Positions 53,659 to 64,000 of a DNA stretch of 64,000 nucleotides are shown here, in pieces. The translations under genes were made by a program, and so were the position numbers. Origin of the DNA: Oopsacas minuta (lineage: Eukaryota; Animalia; Porifera). The first letter of the stretch is position 1, and each line of letters opens with the position of its first letter. The notes below the pieces were generated by a model. It was given only the letters and a program-made list of their open reading frames with translations. It was not told the DNA's origin and did not search any database. The DNA lies in assembly GCA_024704765.1 (NCBI GenBank), contig JAKMXF010000303.1, positions 264,790 to 328,789 on the forward strand, read 5' to 3'.

Positions 53659-55981
53659 CTAGTTTACTTCGGTACGATTTCGCTTTGAAGGACCGAAGAA
53701 CTTTAGAGTTCTATCCATAGAAACAGAGGCCAGGAAGCCAGCATCTGGTCCGAAATTAACTGCAGTAGCTACTGAATTGTGATCTTTGAACTTGTGTAAT
53801 AAGCTCCACTGTCTTACTAGGAATACCTGTATATCTGACCCAGCCATCGCTAGATACTGTCCGCTCTGATCGAAACTAAGTCCACGTACTTCATACCTGT
53901 CATCTAGTGATATCGTCTTGATATTCTTAAGTTTCCGTAGATCCCATATCCTGACTAGAGAGTCATCAGCAGCAGAAGCTAGATAGTATCCGTTCTCAGA
54001 GAATGCGAGACTAGTGATGGATCCCTGGTGACCCTCAAAGTTAGCTACATTGTTCTGATCCTCCAGGTCCCATATACGGATAATACTGTCACTAGTTCCT
54101 GTACCGAATATGTGACCGTCTGGATGGAACTGTCCGCAAGACAGTCCTGAGTTAGAAGTCTCACTTGCCACCTTAGCCATAATGGTTCCACTTTCAATGT
54201 CAATAAAAGCCCAGTGTCTATCAAGTGAGCATGTGAGCAGATAGTCTCCAGTAGCGTGAAGAGAGAGAGCAGTCACGTCTGAATCATGAGCCTTCACAAT
54301 ACGCACACATCCTCCCCCAGGACTATCCCACATACGTACAGTAGAATCTGCTGAAGCTGTGAAAGCGCGTGATTTCTGAGATTGTAGTACAACGTGGTTA
54401 ACACGCTTAGTGTGTCCTTTGAGAGATGTAACGATTTGCTCAGAGGGTCGATGGAATAGAGTAGCAGTCTTATCTACACCTCCTGTCAGGACATGGGAAC
54501 AATCCTCAGACATGTCTAGACAGAGAATTCCAGGAGTTGCAGCAGAATGCAGACCTATAGAAGAGTAATTTTAATACATATCATAGTTACTAATATACAC
54601 AAAAGGAATGTATAGTTATATCGATAAGTACCTGAGTGTGACTCTAACAACTCATAGTCTTGAATATCATCAGGGTTAGCTAGACCCTCGGGTGGTTTCT
54701 TACCTCTCTTTTTCCTCTCAGCTGTTAGATAGCTAGAAGTCTCCTGCAGTCTCTGCTTTACGTCTTCTGTAATGCTACTGAAGTTTGACTCAGGTTGTAA
54801 CTGAAATAATAAAAATTGATTAAATCAAATACAATCAAGTTGCTTATTGTGAACAACCACGGGTACAAAATCATGTTTATAATAAAGATACTTCAAACAA
54901 GGGAGCATAATTATATTATATAGAAATGATTGTATATGGGCCACTGGCTTAGATCAGAATAGCTAGGACGTAACTAGCATTGAAGCAGAGGAAGGAGATG
55001 CCTCCTCGCTTTTTCGGACGTTGCCTCATCTCCTTATTATAATCGCCATTATATTGAGGTAAATATCCATTCTTGCCTCCTCGCTCTGGGATCTCTAGTT
55101 ACGCCCCAGAATAAGGGAATGTTTATAATCAGCGGCCCTGACTGTATGTCAATTAGTGTAGTATCTACATGTATTTTAGCCACCTCCCTCCCTCGAATAG
55201 TTTTCAGCAAAGCAATTACAGTGGAACCTTATTAATACAAACAAATACGATCTCTGGATAAGGCGAACAAAATTCGAGCGTCCGTTGGTGTCCGTAATAA
55301 CGAGGTTCCACTGTAATAAGCTAGTGCTATTGAGTACTTTGATATTTTCGAGTGATGTATCTCTTCAAATAAAATCCAACTAAAATAGCCGCAATAATCA
55401 ATAATTGCATCCCCTAAATAATCCTGGAGCTAATATTGTATTATGTATAAACTTACGGGTATAGGTGTTGCTGCTTCAGCTGGTTGCTCTCCTGTCTCCA
55501 TAGGAGTACCAGGCTGTAATAGAGGAGCTCTACCCTCAGATACTATACCTACACCCAGAGGCGGTAATGATATAGGCTTCATATTAGATAGTGTTTCTCT
55601 AAGCTCTCCGTTCTCTCTGGTAATCCTAGCTATAACTCTACATGCTGCATCGTGCTGATAAAGCACGTGTGATAACTCTTGTCTAGTGGTGTGCAGGTGT
55701 TGTCGAAGTGTGAATGTCTGAAGCATACAAGCGTCCCATTCATCTTGGAGAAGTTTGAGGATAGCTGGAATGCTGGTAGCAGTAGGGGGTCTAGGACGTA
55801 CAAGAGGATTGCTCCTCACTTCTATCAGATCGGCAGGGTCAAGAGGCTCCCCATTCATTGGGTCGGTATGATTCTCCTCTAAATACTTCTCAATAAGTCT
55901 CCGCTCAAATATGTGATGAGATACAGGGGAGAGTACAGGCTGTTCAGGAACTTCGTTACTGATGGAGCATATAAGAGCCAT
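53659..55981 (-). CDS. PRPF19: Pre-mRNA processing factor 19, join(55457..55981,54632..54800,53659..54554), 529 aa
   Basis: U-box ([15 protein letters not shown]...FERRLIEKY), [15 protein letters not shown]...[20 protein letters not shown] coiled coil, and WD40 repeats; junctions are in phase. Confidence 0.96.
55219..55313. mobile_element. pogo-like MITE in PRPF19 intron 1
   Basis: cagtggaacct...aggttccactg with TA on both sides. Confidence 0.65.
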
Positions 55982-57113
55982 GTTACACTAGCTGGAAATA
56001 ATCTCAAATGCATTCTTATATATTGCATAATTTATTGCATAAATAAATAGACGTCGATCGAGAGCGTTGAATCGTTACATAAGTTATCAAGGGGAGTAGA
56101 GGTTGTGGTGTGTAAAGTGACAGCGCCATTCTTTGTATTGCATAAAGCGTGACAATGGGAGGGGAAAATTCGGGGAATTGCGTTACGTAAAGTAAGAAAG
56201 ACCCAAGGATGGAAAGTTTTGATTCAGCTTCGCATATTCAAGGGGGATCCCTGGGGGAGGGCAATTGGTCCCCACGATTTTTATACTAGAATCTTTACAT
56301 TTTAGTTAGAAATGCTAGATATGAAAATATATTTAAGAACAACTGCACACCCAATCTATCGGCTGGGTATTATTATTTATCTATCAGTTTGTCCTATTTC
56401 GAAATTTCCTAATTACAATTTGATCAACATTTGATAGTTGTATAGGAATAGGAATTTGCTATATTATTTTCACTTCAGTTCCCTTATTCCACAGCCCGTT
56501 TGTGGAGGTTACACTATAATAATTTTGGTATGTTATTTTAAATCCAAAATCACACGACGGATTAATTATATTTAGGCACGAAACAATTGCGTGAATAATT
56601 ACAGATATTTAAGGAAGTATTTTGATTTATAGCTTCGAGTTTGAATGTGTTGGTTCATGGCTATGGTTGGCCTTGTATATCCTAAATACCGTATATACTA
56701 CAGACTACAGTGCAGTGGAACCTCCAGAAGTGGGGATCTCTAAAAAGCGGAGGGTAAAAAAACGTTCCATGCAAATGAACCTCTGAAATCGGAGAAGTGG
56801 GCACCAAATCTTGGGAGCCCAACCTCATCGCTTCGAGAGGTTTCACTATAGAATAATCGCTCTGAGGGACTTACTGGAAATTAACTCGACGGAATAATCA
56901 CTTATATAACTGGAGTTTACTCTACTATGGAAACATTTATCATGACTACCATACTTCACGAGATGCAATAATGCTGTCTATAGTGTTTGAGATATAATAA
57001 ATACTTGAGAGGAAACAACTTAACAACTAACTACTAGCAATCCATATATTACAATGACGTAATGGAAAATTCTAGTCGTCACACAAGTCTATGTCATGCT
57101 TTGGCATAGGTGA

Positions 57114-57959
57114 CTACCACACAAAAGGAATAAGTTTCTTGACGTTAGCCTGATACTCTTTGTAGCTAGGCTGATTTGCATATTTCTCTTCTTGGTCGAT
57201 AGCCCTTTCATTCGTCACTGATACCATCATTGGGACAAATAATAAAGGAACTATCCCTACTAAAATCCACCGAGGAATGCTGGGAAAGAGAGAATATCCG
57301 GATATGAAAACTCCCAGATTTAGGATCAGTTCACCGAGATAGTTAGGATGTCTACAGAGCTTATACACACCGTCTTTACAGTACGCGTTAGGTCCGTGTA
57401 TATACTTCTGTCTCTGCTTCTGATAGTCAGCTATTGCTTGTAGAACTGATCCTATTACAATGAGAGATATACCCACCACGCTAGCACGAGATGACATATC
57501 TCCCCTTATGGTATAGAGATAGGGAACAGCATTCCAACAGGATAACATACCAGACATAGATAACCAGGTAACTATCTTAACAAGCATAGAGGCGCCACGC
57601 AATGCCTTGAATTTATCGTTTTTATCGATTATGTGAGTATTGAAATGCTCGACATAAACTTTATTTCTCATTCTCTTTAACGAGTACGCACTAAGTACTA
57701 GTCCGTGTAACGCGATGGTGCCGTTATATAGGAGAGTTGATGTAGATAGAACTGATCCTCTATTCCATGCAGCTATAGTATTGTATACAGGTAGTAGAGC
57801 AAAGCAGAGCGGATATCCTTGCTGAAGGGCGTAGAATGGATATATCAGACCGCTGCTACAGAGGACCAGCGGAACGGTAGAACTGAAGAGGAACTCCCTC
57901 GTTAGTCCAGGGTCTAGTTTTATCAGAAGTGACACTACTTGATTCAGTTCAAAGTTCAT
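57114..57959 (-). CDS. DUF1295 / steroid 5-alpha-reductase C-terminal-like membrane protein, intronless 281 aa
   Basis: LQAIADYQK, GVYKLCRHPNYLGELI, EKY...SYKEYQ..VKKLIPF. Confidence 0.85.
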   Translation of the reverse strand: MNFELNQVVSLLIKLDPGLTREFLFSSTVPLVLCSSGLIYPFYALQQGYPLCFALLPVYNTIAAWNRGSVLSTSTLLYNGTIALHGLVLSAYSLKRMRNKVYVEHFNTHIIDKNDKFKALRGASMLVKIVTWLSMSGMLSCWNAVPYLYTIRGDMSSRASVVGISLIVIGSVLQAIADYQKQRQKYIHGPNAYCKDGVYKLCRHPNYLGELILNLGVFISGYSLFPSIPRWILVGIVPLLFVPMMVSVTNERAIDQEEKYANQPSYKEYQANVKKLIPFVW

Positions 57960-58196
57960 TGCTCTTGTGAAGAAATATTAACTTATGGAGGTAAATGAAT
58001 TATAATACACGACCAAGGACATGTACACGACATATAATGTCGGAAATACAGATTCCAGTTTATTGTACATATGACCTATTTCTGACATAAGCCCTGGTTG
58101 TACTCCCATTTCTACTTACAACAATAGATGTTCATAATTGTATGAAAAGACATCAAATATACAACTCATATATCACGAATAGAATTATTACACACG

Positions 58197-60905
58197 TCAT
58201 GTAAGGATATGTCCTAGATTGTTAGAGGGGCGTAACCTTGTAGCACTCACATTATTACAGAATGAACACCGCAGTATCCCACCAGCCTCTGTGTTATTAC
58301 GTAAACAAGTTTCATGATACACGTGATTACAGTTGAATACTACTAATCCCCTCCATACCCCGCTAGCTACCATTCCACCATGTCCTAGTATAACACCGTT
58401 ACATAACGCACATGTACGTGTATCTCTAACCAACATCCCTCGCTTCATGAGACGAGACAATCTGTCTAATAACGCATTAGAATCTTTGGTAAGAACATCT
58501 TTGCAACCTCTGTTGAGCGCGATCTGTAGCTGGAAATCTTGCAGGATCTTGACAAGAGCATCTCGTAATCCGGGGATATCTGTACCCTCTGGTATCCGTT
58601 TAATCAGTGCTACTCTATCCACGTGATCAACTATGTTCTCACAGAGTGCTTTAATGAATTCAGGCTTCTTCATGGAATATTCTATTAAATCCTCCCATAG
58701 ATCATTATCATCTGCCTCCTTACAGAACTCTATAGCTTTATGTATATTCTCTAGTCTGTTAGTGATTAGGTGTAGAGCTTCCTTATTGTTACCCATACGA
58801 CCATGTAAGTACACCTGTACATCAACGAAGTCTTTAGCTTTACATATCTCTAGTGCTTTAGGTAGAGGGATATTGTGTGTGGTACGACGTAGGAAGTTAA
58901 GCAGTTTATCTTTGTTGTACTCAGCATATAGGTAGACCTGTTTCTGATGGAATTTAGTGTTTCTCTGTGGATTCTTCTCAAACAATGCATCTAGATAGCA
59001 ATGGAGGAAATAAGGCTTGTCATCAGACTCCAGCTGTAAAACCACTGAGTCAGGTGTTATCTTCTCTTCTTGCTCAACCAACATACCTACCCCTCTGTCT
59101 TGATCCAGCTCCAGGAGAGTTGATATCTTGTCTTTCACTGATACGTACAGATTGTAGTTTTTTATCAGATCGAATACATCAGAATTCTTCAGTTCTAAGT
59201 AAATAGACAGAGCTTTATCAAACTGCTCCTGACTAGAGTATAGCAGTGCTAGACATGAGAGTAGTATTCCTCGGATAGGAGAGGTATCATTGAATCTGTC
59301 CAGCTGTTCCTCTACTGCTGAGATTATATTCTCAGATTTATAGATGCCAGATGGCCATTGCTTAAGTAATCTGTGAAATGTATCACAATCCATTTTGAGA
59401 AATTCATTCAAAACTAGCTCGTAAATGGTGGCAGAGAGGATAGGACTCTTCACTGGTATGAAGGGCGCCATAATACGAAGTTGTCCAATTTCTAGAAAGA
59501 TATACACCCTTTCCTCCCACAACTTCTGATCCTCTTGGTACAGTTCTGGACAGAGTTCAGCTGCCTCTTTAAACTTTCTGTCTTGTATAAGATGGTTAAT
59601 ACAAATCTGTCCTATTTTGATCAGTTTAAGTCGTTTTAGGAATCTGCTCTCTCTCTTCGCTACTTCTAGAGCCTTCCTGTAATCCTTCCTCTCCAGTAAC
59701 CACTCCACATGATCGTCTACATCTCTCTTTTTACCCAGAATTATATCATGAGGACACACAATATAGAACCTATCCTCATCAGGAACTCTCTCCAGTCTGT
59801 AATCGTTACAGCGTAGCACTTGATGACGTCTCACTTTAATCACATCTACAGATATCTCATCAGCTGCTTCGTAGCCGTTTACCTTCAGCACGGACAGATG
59901 AGGGGGGTGTGCAGGGTGTGCGGGACTCAATGGAGCACCTTCAACTTGACTAGATGCTGATGTGGTGTATAACAGTACTACAATCTGATCAGGCTCTTGT
60001 GGGTAGGGAGCTAGACCAGCTACTAGGTCCTCTAACTCTACAACACTTACTATCTCCACAAACTTGTTAGGCATGTCTTTAGAATTAGGTTTTTCTCTTA
60101 CAACATTGATTTTAACAGAATGTCCCCACCCAACTAGAAATCGAAGAGGCCCCTGCCATACGATCTTACAGGGAGACAGCTGGGGACGAGGTCCTTCCTT
60201 GTCACGAGTTATTCGCGATATTCTAAGTTTAGACTGAGAGTCATATACAATTACAGCAGCGTCGTTAGCCCAGGAAATAAATTGGTTATGCCATCTGATA
60301 ATATTAATAGTGCCTTCTGCTTCATGTAGTACCTGTATGCTCTTACGCACCCATCCCTTCTCTACCATCATTAGCTTCTCATTGCCTGTCACGAAGGCAC
60401 GAGTAGCACTCTTGGTGTAGTCCGGCTTGAGAGCCACTGACTTGACAGGCCGCTCTATATCCACTACTTGGTTATGTTCAGATGAATAGAGACCGTTTAT
60501 CACTACCTTACCGTCATCTGAACAACTAGCTATGTACTCACCTGCCCCGTCTATACTAATATCATTCACAGTACAGGAGTGTACAGGGAACTCCTTGCTG
60601 ATGATAAGGTGCCCCTCATGGTCTGCTATTAGCACCTGTCCGTCATGAGTGCCTATTGCTAAGAATTTGGAATGAACAGCCATGCAACTGACAAGATCTT
60701 CTCCAATTCTATTCAGAATATCCTCTCCTATTCTATCATATTTCAATTTAGGTTCTTCTTCATCATCACTACCACTGTCTGTATCACCTGTATCTCCACT
60801 ACCACTGTCAGTTCTGTACTCTTTATTGTTATCATCACTACCTGAGTCAGAAGTGTAACCAGACCGCTGTGTCAGCTGCTCGGTTTCTCCATAATATGTT
60901 GCCAT
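58197..60905 (-). CDS. VPS41: HOPS complex subunit VPS41, intronless 902 aa
   Basis: EEEPKLKYDRI, WD40 region (YIASCSDDGKVVINGL), DVDDHVEWLL, clathrin repeat, IPGLRDALVKILQD, C-terminal RING-H2. Confidence 0.96.
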   Translation of the reverse strand: MATYYGETEQLTQRSGYTSDSGSDDNNKEYRTDSGSGDTGDTDSGSDDEEEPKLKYDRIGEDILNRIGEDLVSCMAVHSKFLAIGTHDGQVLIADHEGHLIISKEFPVHSCTVNDISIDGAGEYIASCSDDGKVVINGLYSSEHNQVVDIERPVKSVALKPDYTKSATRAFVTGNEKLMMVEKGWVRKSIQVLHEAEGTINIIRWHNQFISWANDAAVIVYDSQSKLRISRITRDKEGPRPQLSPCKIVWQGPLRFLVGWGHSVKINVVREKPNSKDMPNKFVEIVSVVELEDLVAGLAPYPQEPDQIVVLLYTTSASSQVEGAPLSPAHPAHPPHLSVLKVNGYEAADEISVDVIKVRRHQVLRCNDYRLERVPDEDRFYIVCPHDIILGKKRDVDDHVEWLLERKDYRKALEVAKRESRFLKRLKLIKIGQICINHLIQDRKFKEAAELCPELYQEDQKLWEERVYIFLEIGQLRIMAPFIPVKSPILSATIYELVLNEFLKMDCDTFHRLLKQWPSGIYKSENIISAVEEQLDRFNDTSPIRGILLSCLALLYSSQEQFDKALSIYLELKNSDVFDLIKNYNLYVSVKDKISTLLELDQDRGVGMLVEQEEKITPDSVVLQLESDDKPYFLHCYLDALFEKNPQRNTKFHQKQVYLYAEYNKDKLLNFLRRTTHNIPLPKALEICKAKDFVDVQVYLHGRMGNNKEALHLITNRLENIHKAIEFCKEADDNDLWEDLIEYSMKKPEFIKALCENIVDHVDRVALIKRIPEGTDIPGLRDALVKILQDFQLQIALNRGCKDVLTKDSNALLDRLSRLMKRGMLVRDTRTCALCNGVILGHGGMVASGVWRGLVVFNCNHVYHETCLRNNTEAGGILRCSFCNNVSATRLRPSNNLGHILT

Positions 60906-61969
60906 ACTATTACTAGTAATAGCTAATTAGACAGTTGAAAGTAACAATTATGTGAAAAATATGAGTTAGAGGGAATGGGGAATTTTGCTACTACCACAGC
61001 AGGTCAAAGAAAATACATCCCTGGCGTCATTATAGGTCCCGGACCGCTTTGTTCCTTTGAGCTCAGTACAGTGCTCCGGCTCGGGCCCTGGTAGTTTTGT
61101 ACCAGCACCCGCCGGTAAATGGTGGTTACAAAAACCGGGACGGGATAGAGACAGGACTATTCACTAGCTAAATGATGAAATTGACCAACAGGTTGATACT
61201 AAGTTTACAAATTGTTTTACCTAAATACAAGCCAATCTTATGAAAAAGTCGTTATGTTTACGTAGCATATTTAACACATTCATTGAAGGTTGTGTCAAGA
61301 CAGTCACGTTTTGGTAATTTTTGGCAAAAATATGTCATAGTGGCTATTATATCTCTGGGGCCTGACTGAAGACAGAAAATGGTGGAAAATGAATGAGGGC
61401 ACCAACAGCTGAATCCGATTTTCACACTTTTAGATTAATCATATGTACATTAATTGTAGTTTTTATGAATATAAAGTAAACAAATAGCTGAAATCTCGAA
61501 ATAGATTTAGAGACTTGCTCTCACAGAAATATATGGGTAATCAAGTACCTGAATCCGAATATGATATGTTCAACACGTATTGTGAATATTTGTTGTTTTT
61601 TAGGTGTATAAAGTAAACAATCTTCTAATACATAACCCTGAGCTGCACTACCAGTTTGTTGGCCGGACATTTATATTCTTATCGTTATTACAAATTATCA
61701 TGGAATTTCAAGCCCATCAATAACAGGCGGAAAGGTGGCAAACTATTCCATTCTTCTGATCGGCGCAAACACTTTGGCCATAAATCGAAAGGCAAAATCT
61801 TTATTAAGATATGCTCCATATAAAATGTCCAGCCGACAAACTGCTAGTGCAGCTCAGGGTGATATATTTTTGTTCTTTTCAGGGGCACACCCTTCATGTA
61901 AATCCCACAATGCACCAGACCCCGACTGATTTGGGCTCCTGGATCTGAAAAATATTTCAGGATATTATT

Positions 61970-62183
61970 CATTGGCGTAAATCCGTTCGAAAAAGTGGGG
62001 GGATGAGGTAGTTGTATTATAGTATAATTATCAATAAAGGTATAAAATCCATTAGAGTATCCTCTGACCCACATGGGGGGGGAAAATCCACCACAAAAAG
62101 TAGGGGATATATGTATGCAGCATCCCCCAACCCAAAAAGTGGGGGATATATCCCCTCCATCCCCCCCGGGATTTACGCCCATG
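61970..62183. mobile_element. hAT-like MITE
   Basis: TIRs cattggcgtaaatcc / (rc) catgggcgtaaatcc. Confidence 0.6.
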
Positions 62184-62655
62184 AGGATATTCAATATTAT
62201 TCGTCTCCTACTGAACTTCATGTTCTATCCTCAAATCATATGAATAAAATTCCAAACAACTATCCTGCAATTGCCCCTTCTCTAACTTTGGAAACGAAAT
62301 ATCTAGCATCAATTTGAAGTATGTGCAAAAGGTGTGAAAATATGATAAATCAAATGATAGATCTGTGAATTAGTTACTTTCAAGTTCTGAAATTCTCAAA
62401 ATCGGACTCTACGTACCCAATTACACCAGAGAACATATTGTAACCTAATCTCTAGCTTGCTTTTGTATTTTACATAGAAGGGTGTGAAAATATGATTAAT
62501 CACCCAAAAAGGTGTGAAATATTCACTTTAGAATAATATGCAAAAATTCAAGAACTGATTCCTCGATTAGAGCCTGCACCTGTTAGCTTAATGTCAGATA
62601 GGGGGGAAGGAGCTCGTAACGCATTTAGGCAAGTTTACTTTGGAGCTAGCATACA

Positions 62656-63102
62656 TGTGTTTTAGTTTCACTATACCCAGGTAATTTGGAGGAATATTCA
62701 CAAATGTGTTTTAGTTTCACTATACCCAGGTAATTTGGAGGAATATTCACAAATGTGTTTTAGTTTCACTATACCCAGGTAATTTGGAGGAATATTCTGT
62801 GTTTTAGTTTCACTATACCCAGGTAATTTGGAGGAATATTCACAAATGTGTTTTAGTTTCACTATACCCAGGTAATTTGGAGGAATATTCACAAATGTGG
62901 TTTAGTTTCACTATACCCAGGTAATTTGGAGGAATATTCACAAATGTGGTTTAGTTTCACTATACCCAGGTAATTTGGAGGAATATTCACAAATGTGGTT
63001 TAGTTTCACTATACCCAGGTAATTTGGAGGAATATTCACAAATGTGTTTTAGTTTCACTATACCCAGGTAATTTGGAGGAATATTCACAAATGTGGTTTA
63101 GC
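62656..63102. repeat. 49-bp minisatellite, 9 units plus a partial tenth
   Basis: Unit tgtgttttagtttcactatacccaggtaatttggaggaatattcacaaa. Unit 3 lacks acaaa; some later units read tgtggttt. Confidence 0.97.
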
Positions 63103-63220
63103 TTCAAGTTTACGCGGTAACTATGAGTTAGCTTCATTCTTAAAGAAAGTTCCAGCCGAGTTGATTTCATCAACATATTTCTTCTACAAACACCAACTAT
63201 ACTACCCAGTGAAAGTAATA

Positions 63221-64000
63221 CAGGGTGATTTTTTGAAAGTGTAACTTTTAAACTTTTCTGAACGTGAATTATTTAACAAATTTGAAGCTTTCAACTACTC
63301 TACTATCCTTCCTAATATATATAAATTTAATAGTAAACCTGAACCATAAATAACTAATCAAGTTGATGTTCAAAGTGACCACCTCCATACTTCACACAGG
63401 TTACCGCTCTTTTCATAAAATTCCACAACTTTATGCAACATCTTTGAGTCCATATTATTCGCTGTATCTTCAATTACTTGTCTTAATTCGTTTATGCTCT
63501 TGAGTTGCTTTTCAAACACCTTTTTGTTTGCATAGCTCCAGAATAAGTAGTCGAGAGGATTTAAATCAAGTGAATGTGGTAGCCAAATTCTATCGGTTAA
63601 ATTTGATAGAATTCTTCAATGAAACTTTTTTCGCAGAAATCCAAAACAGTTTTGCATGTATGTGGTCTAGCACCATCTTGTTGAAACCACAATCTCTTAC
63701 GTGTCGAAATATACCGAATTTGAGGCCAAAGCACTTCCTTGAGCATTTTAAGGTAAGACTCCCCATTCACAGATACTGATTTCCCTTTGCATCGATAAAC
63801 CAATGGACTTTGAGTATTTCTCCATCCACAAAGCCTGCCCAACACATAATTTTCTCCCCATGAAGCCTCTTAGAGGTCACAGAAATATTGGGATTGATCG
63901 GAGCCCAAGTCCTGTCGTTTTGTTGATTAGGAGATTGCTGGAGTACGAACCATTTCTCGTCACTGAATATTACTTTTTGGATATTCTGGAGATTGTTGGA
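63221..64000 (-). mobile_element. Tc1/mariner (maT-like) transposon, frameshifted transposase, continues beyond the window
   Basis: IFSDEKWF...NQQNDRTWA, WFQQDGARPH, then WLPHSLDLNPLDYLFW in another frame; TA-cagggtg terminal at 63221. Confidence 0.85.

Noticed and set aside
62656-63102. CRISPR array
   Set aside because: Units are head-to-tail with no unique spacers, there are no cas genes, and the context is eukaryotic.
1-64000. tRNA, rRNA, snRNA or SL RNA genes
   Set aside because: None recognisable by eye; a covariance-model scan would be needed to exclude them.

Overview
AT-rich eukaryotic nuclear DNA with short GT-AG introns. The animal-type gene set (NRF1, JADE, MED15, TRAF-like, ECI2) and many intronless genes suggest a compact non-bilaterian genome, plausibly a glass sponge; this is an inference and not provable from the window. 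I can support 21 coding loci, 19 on the minus strand: CPSF6, ECI2(+), rabenosyn-like FYVE, CYP4-clan P450, MATE, RING-CH ligase, two LARS2 copies, NRF1, MED15, an ADP-ribosyltransferase-fold gene, JADE, RWDD4, TMEM144, a NEF1-like membrane protein, TRAF-like, EMC3, HORMAD, PRPF19, DUF1295 and VPS41. Pogo/Tc1, hAT and Harbinger-like MITEs, piggyBac and mariner remnants and a 49-bp minisatellite are interspersed. Main observations: (1) a 5-kb tail-to-tail palindrome of mitochondrial LeuRS with apparently identical, GC-rich 2475-bp arms but diverged inner and outer edges, suggesting an old duplication homogenised by gene conversion; (2) a 3-exon, about 1031-aa apparent homolog of plant NO EXINE FORMATION 1; (3) a complete MATE gene nested on the same strand in the P450 intron; (4) 14 consecutive co-oriented genes, most with an acceptor-like AG just before the ATG, compatible with SL trans-splicing or polycistronic transcription; (5) fungal-type ART and plant-type RING-CH genes. 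All family calls are motif recognition by eye, not database searches.
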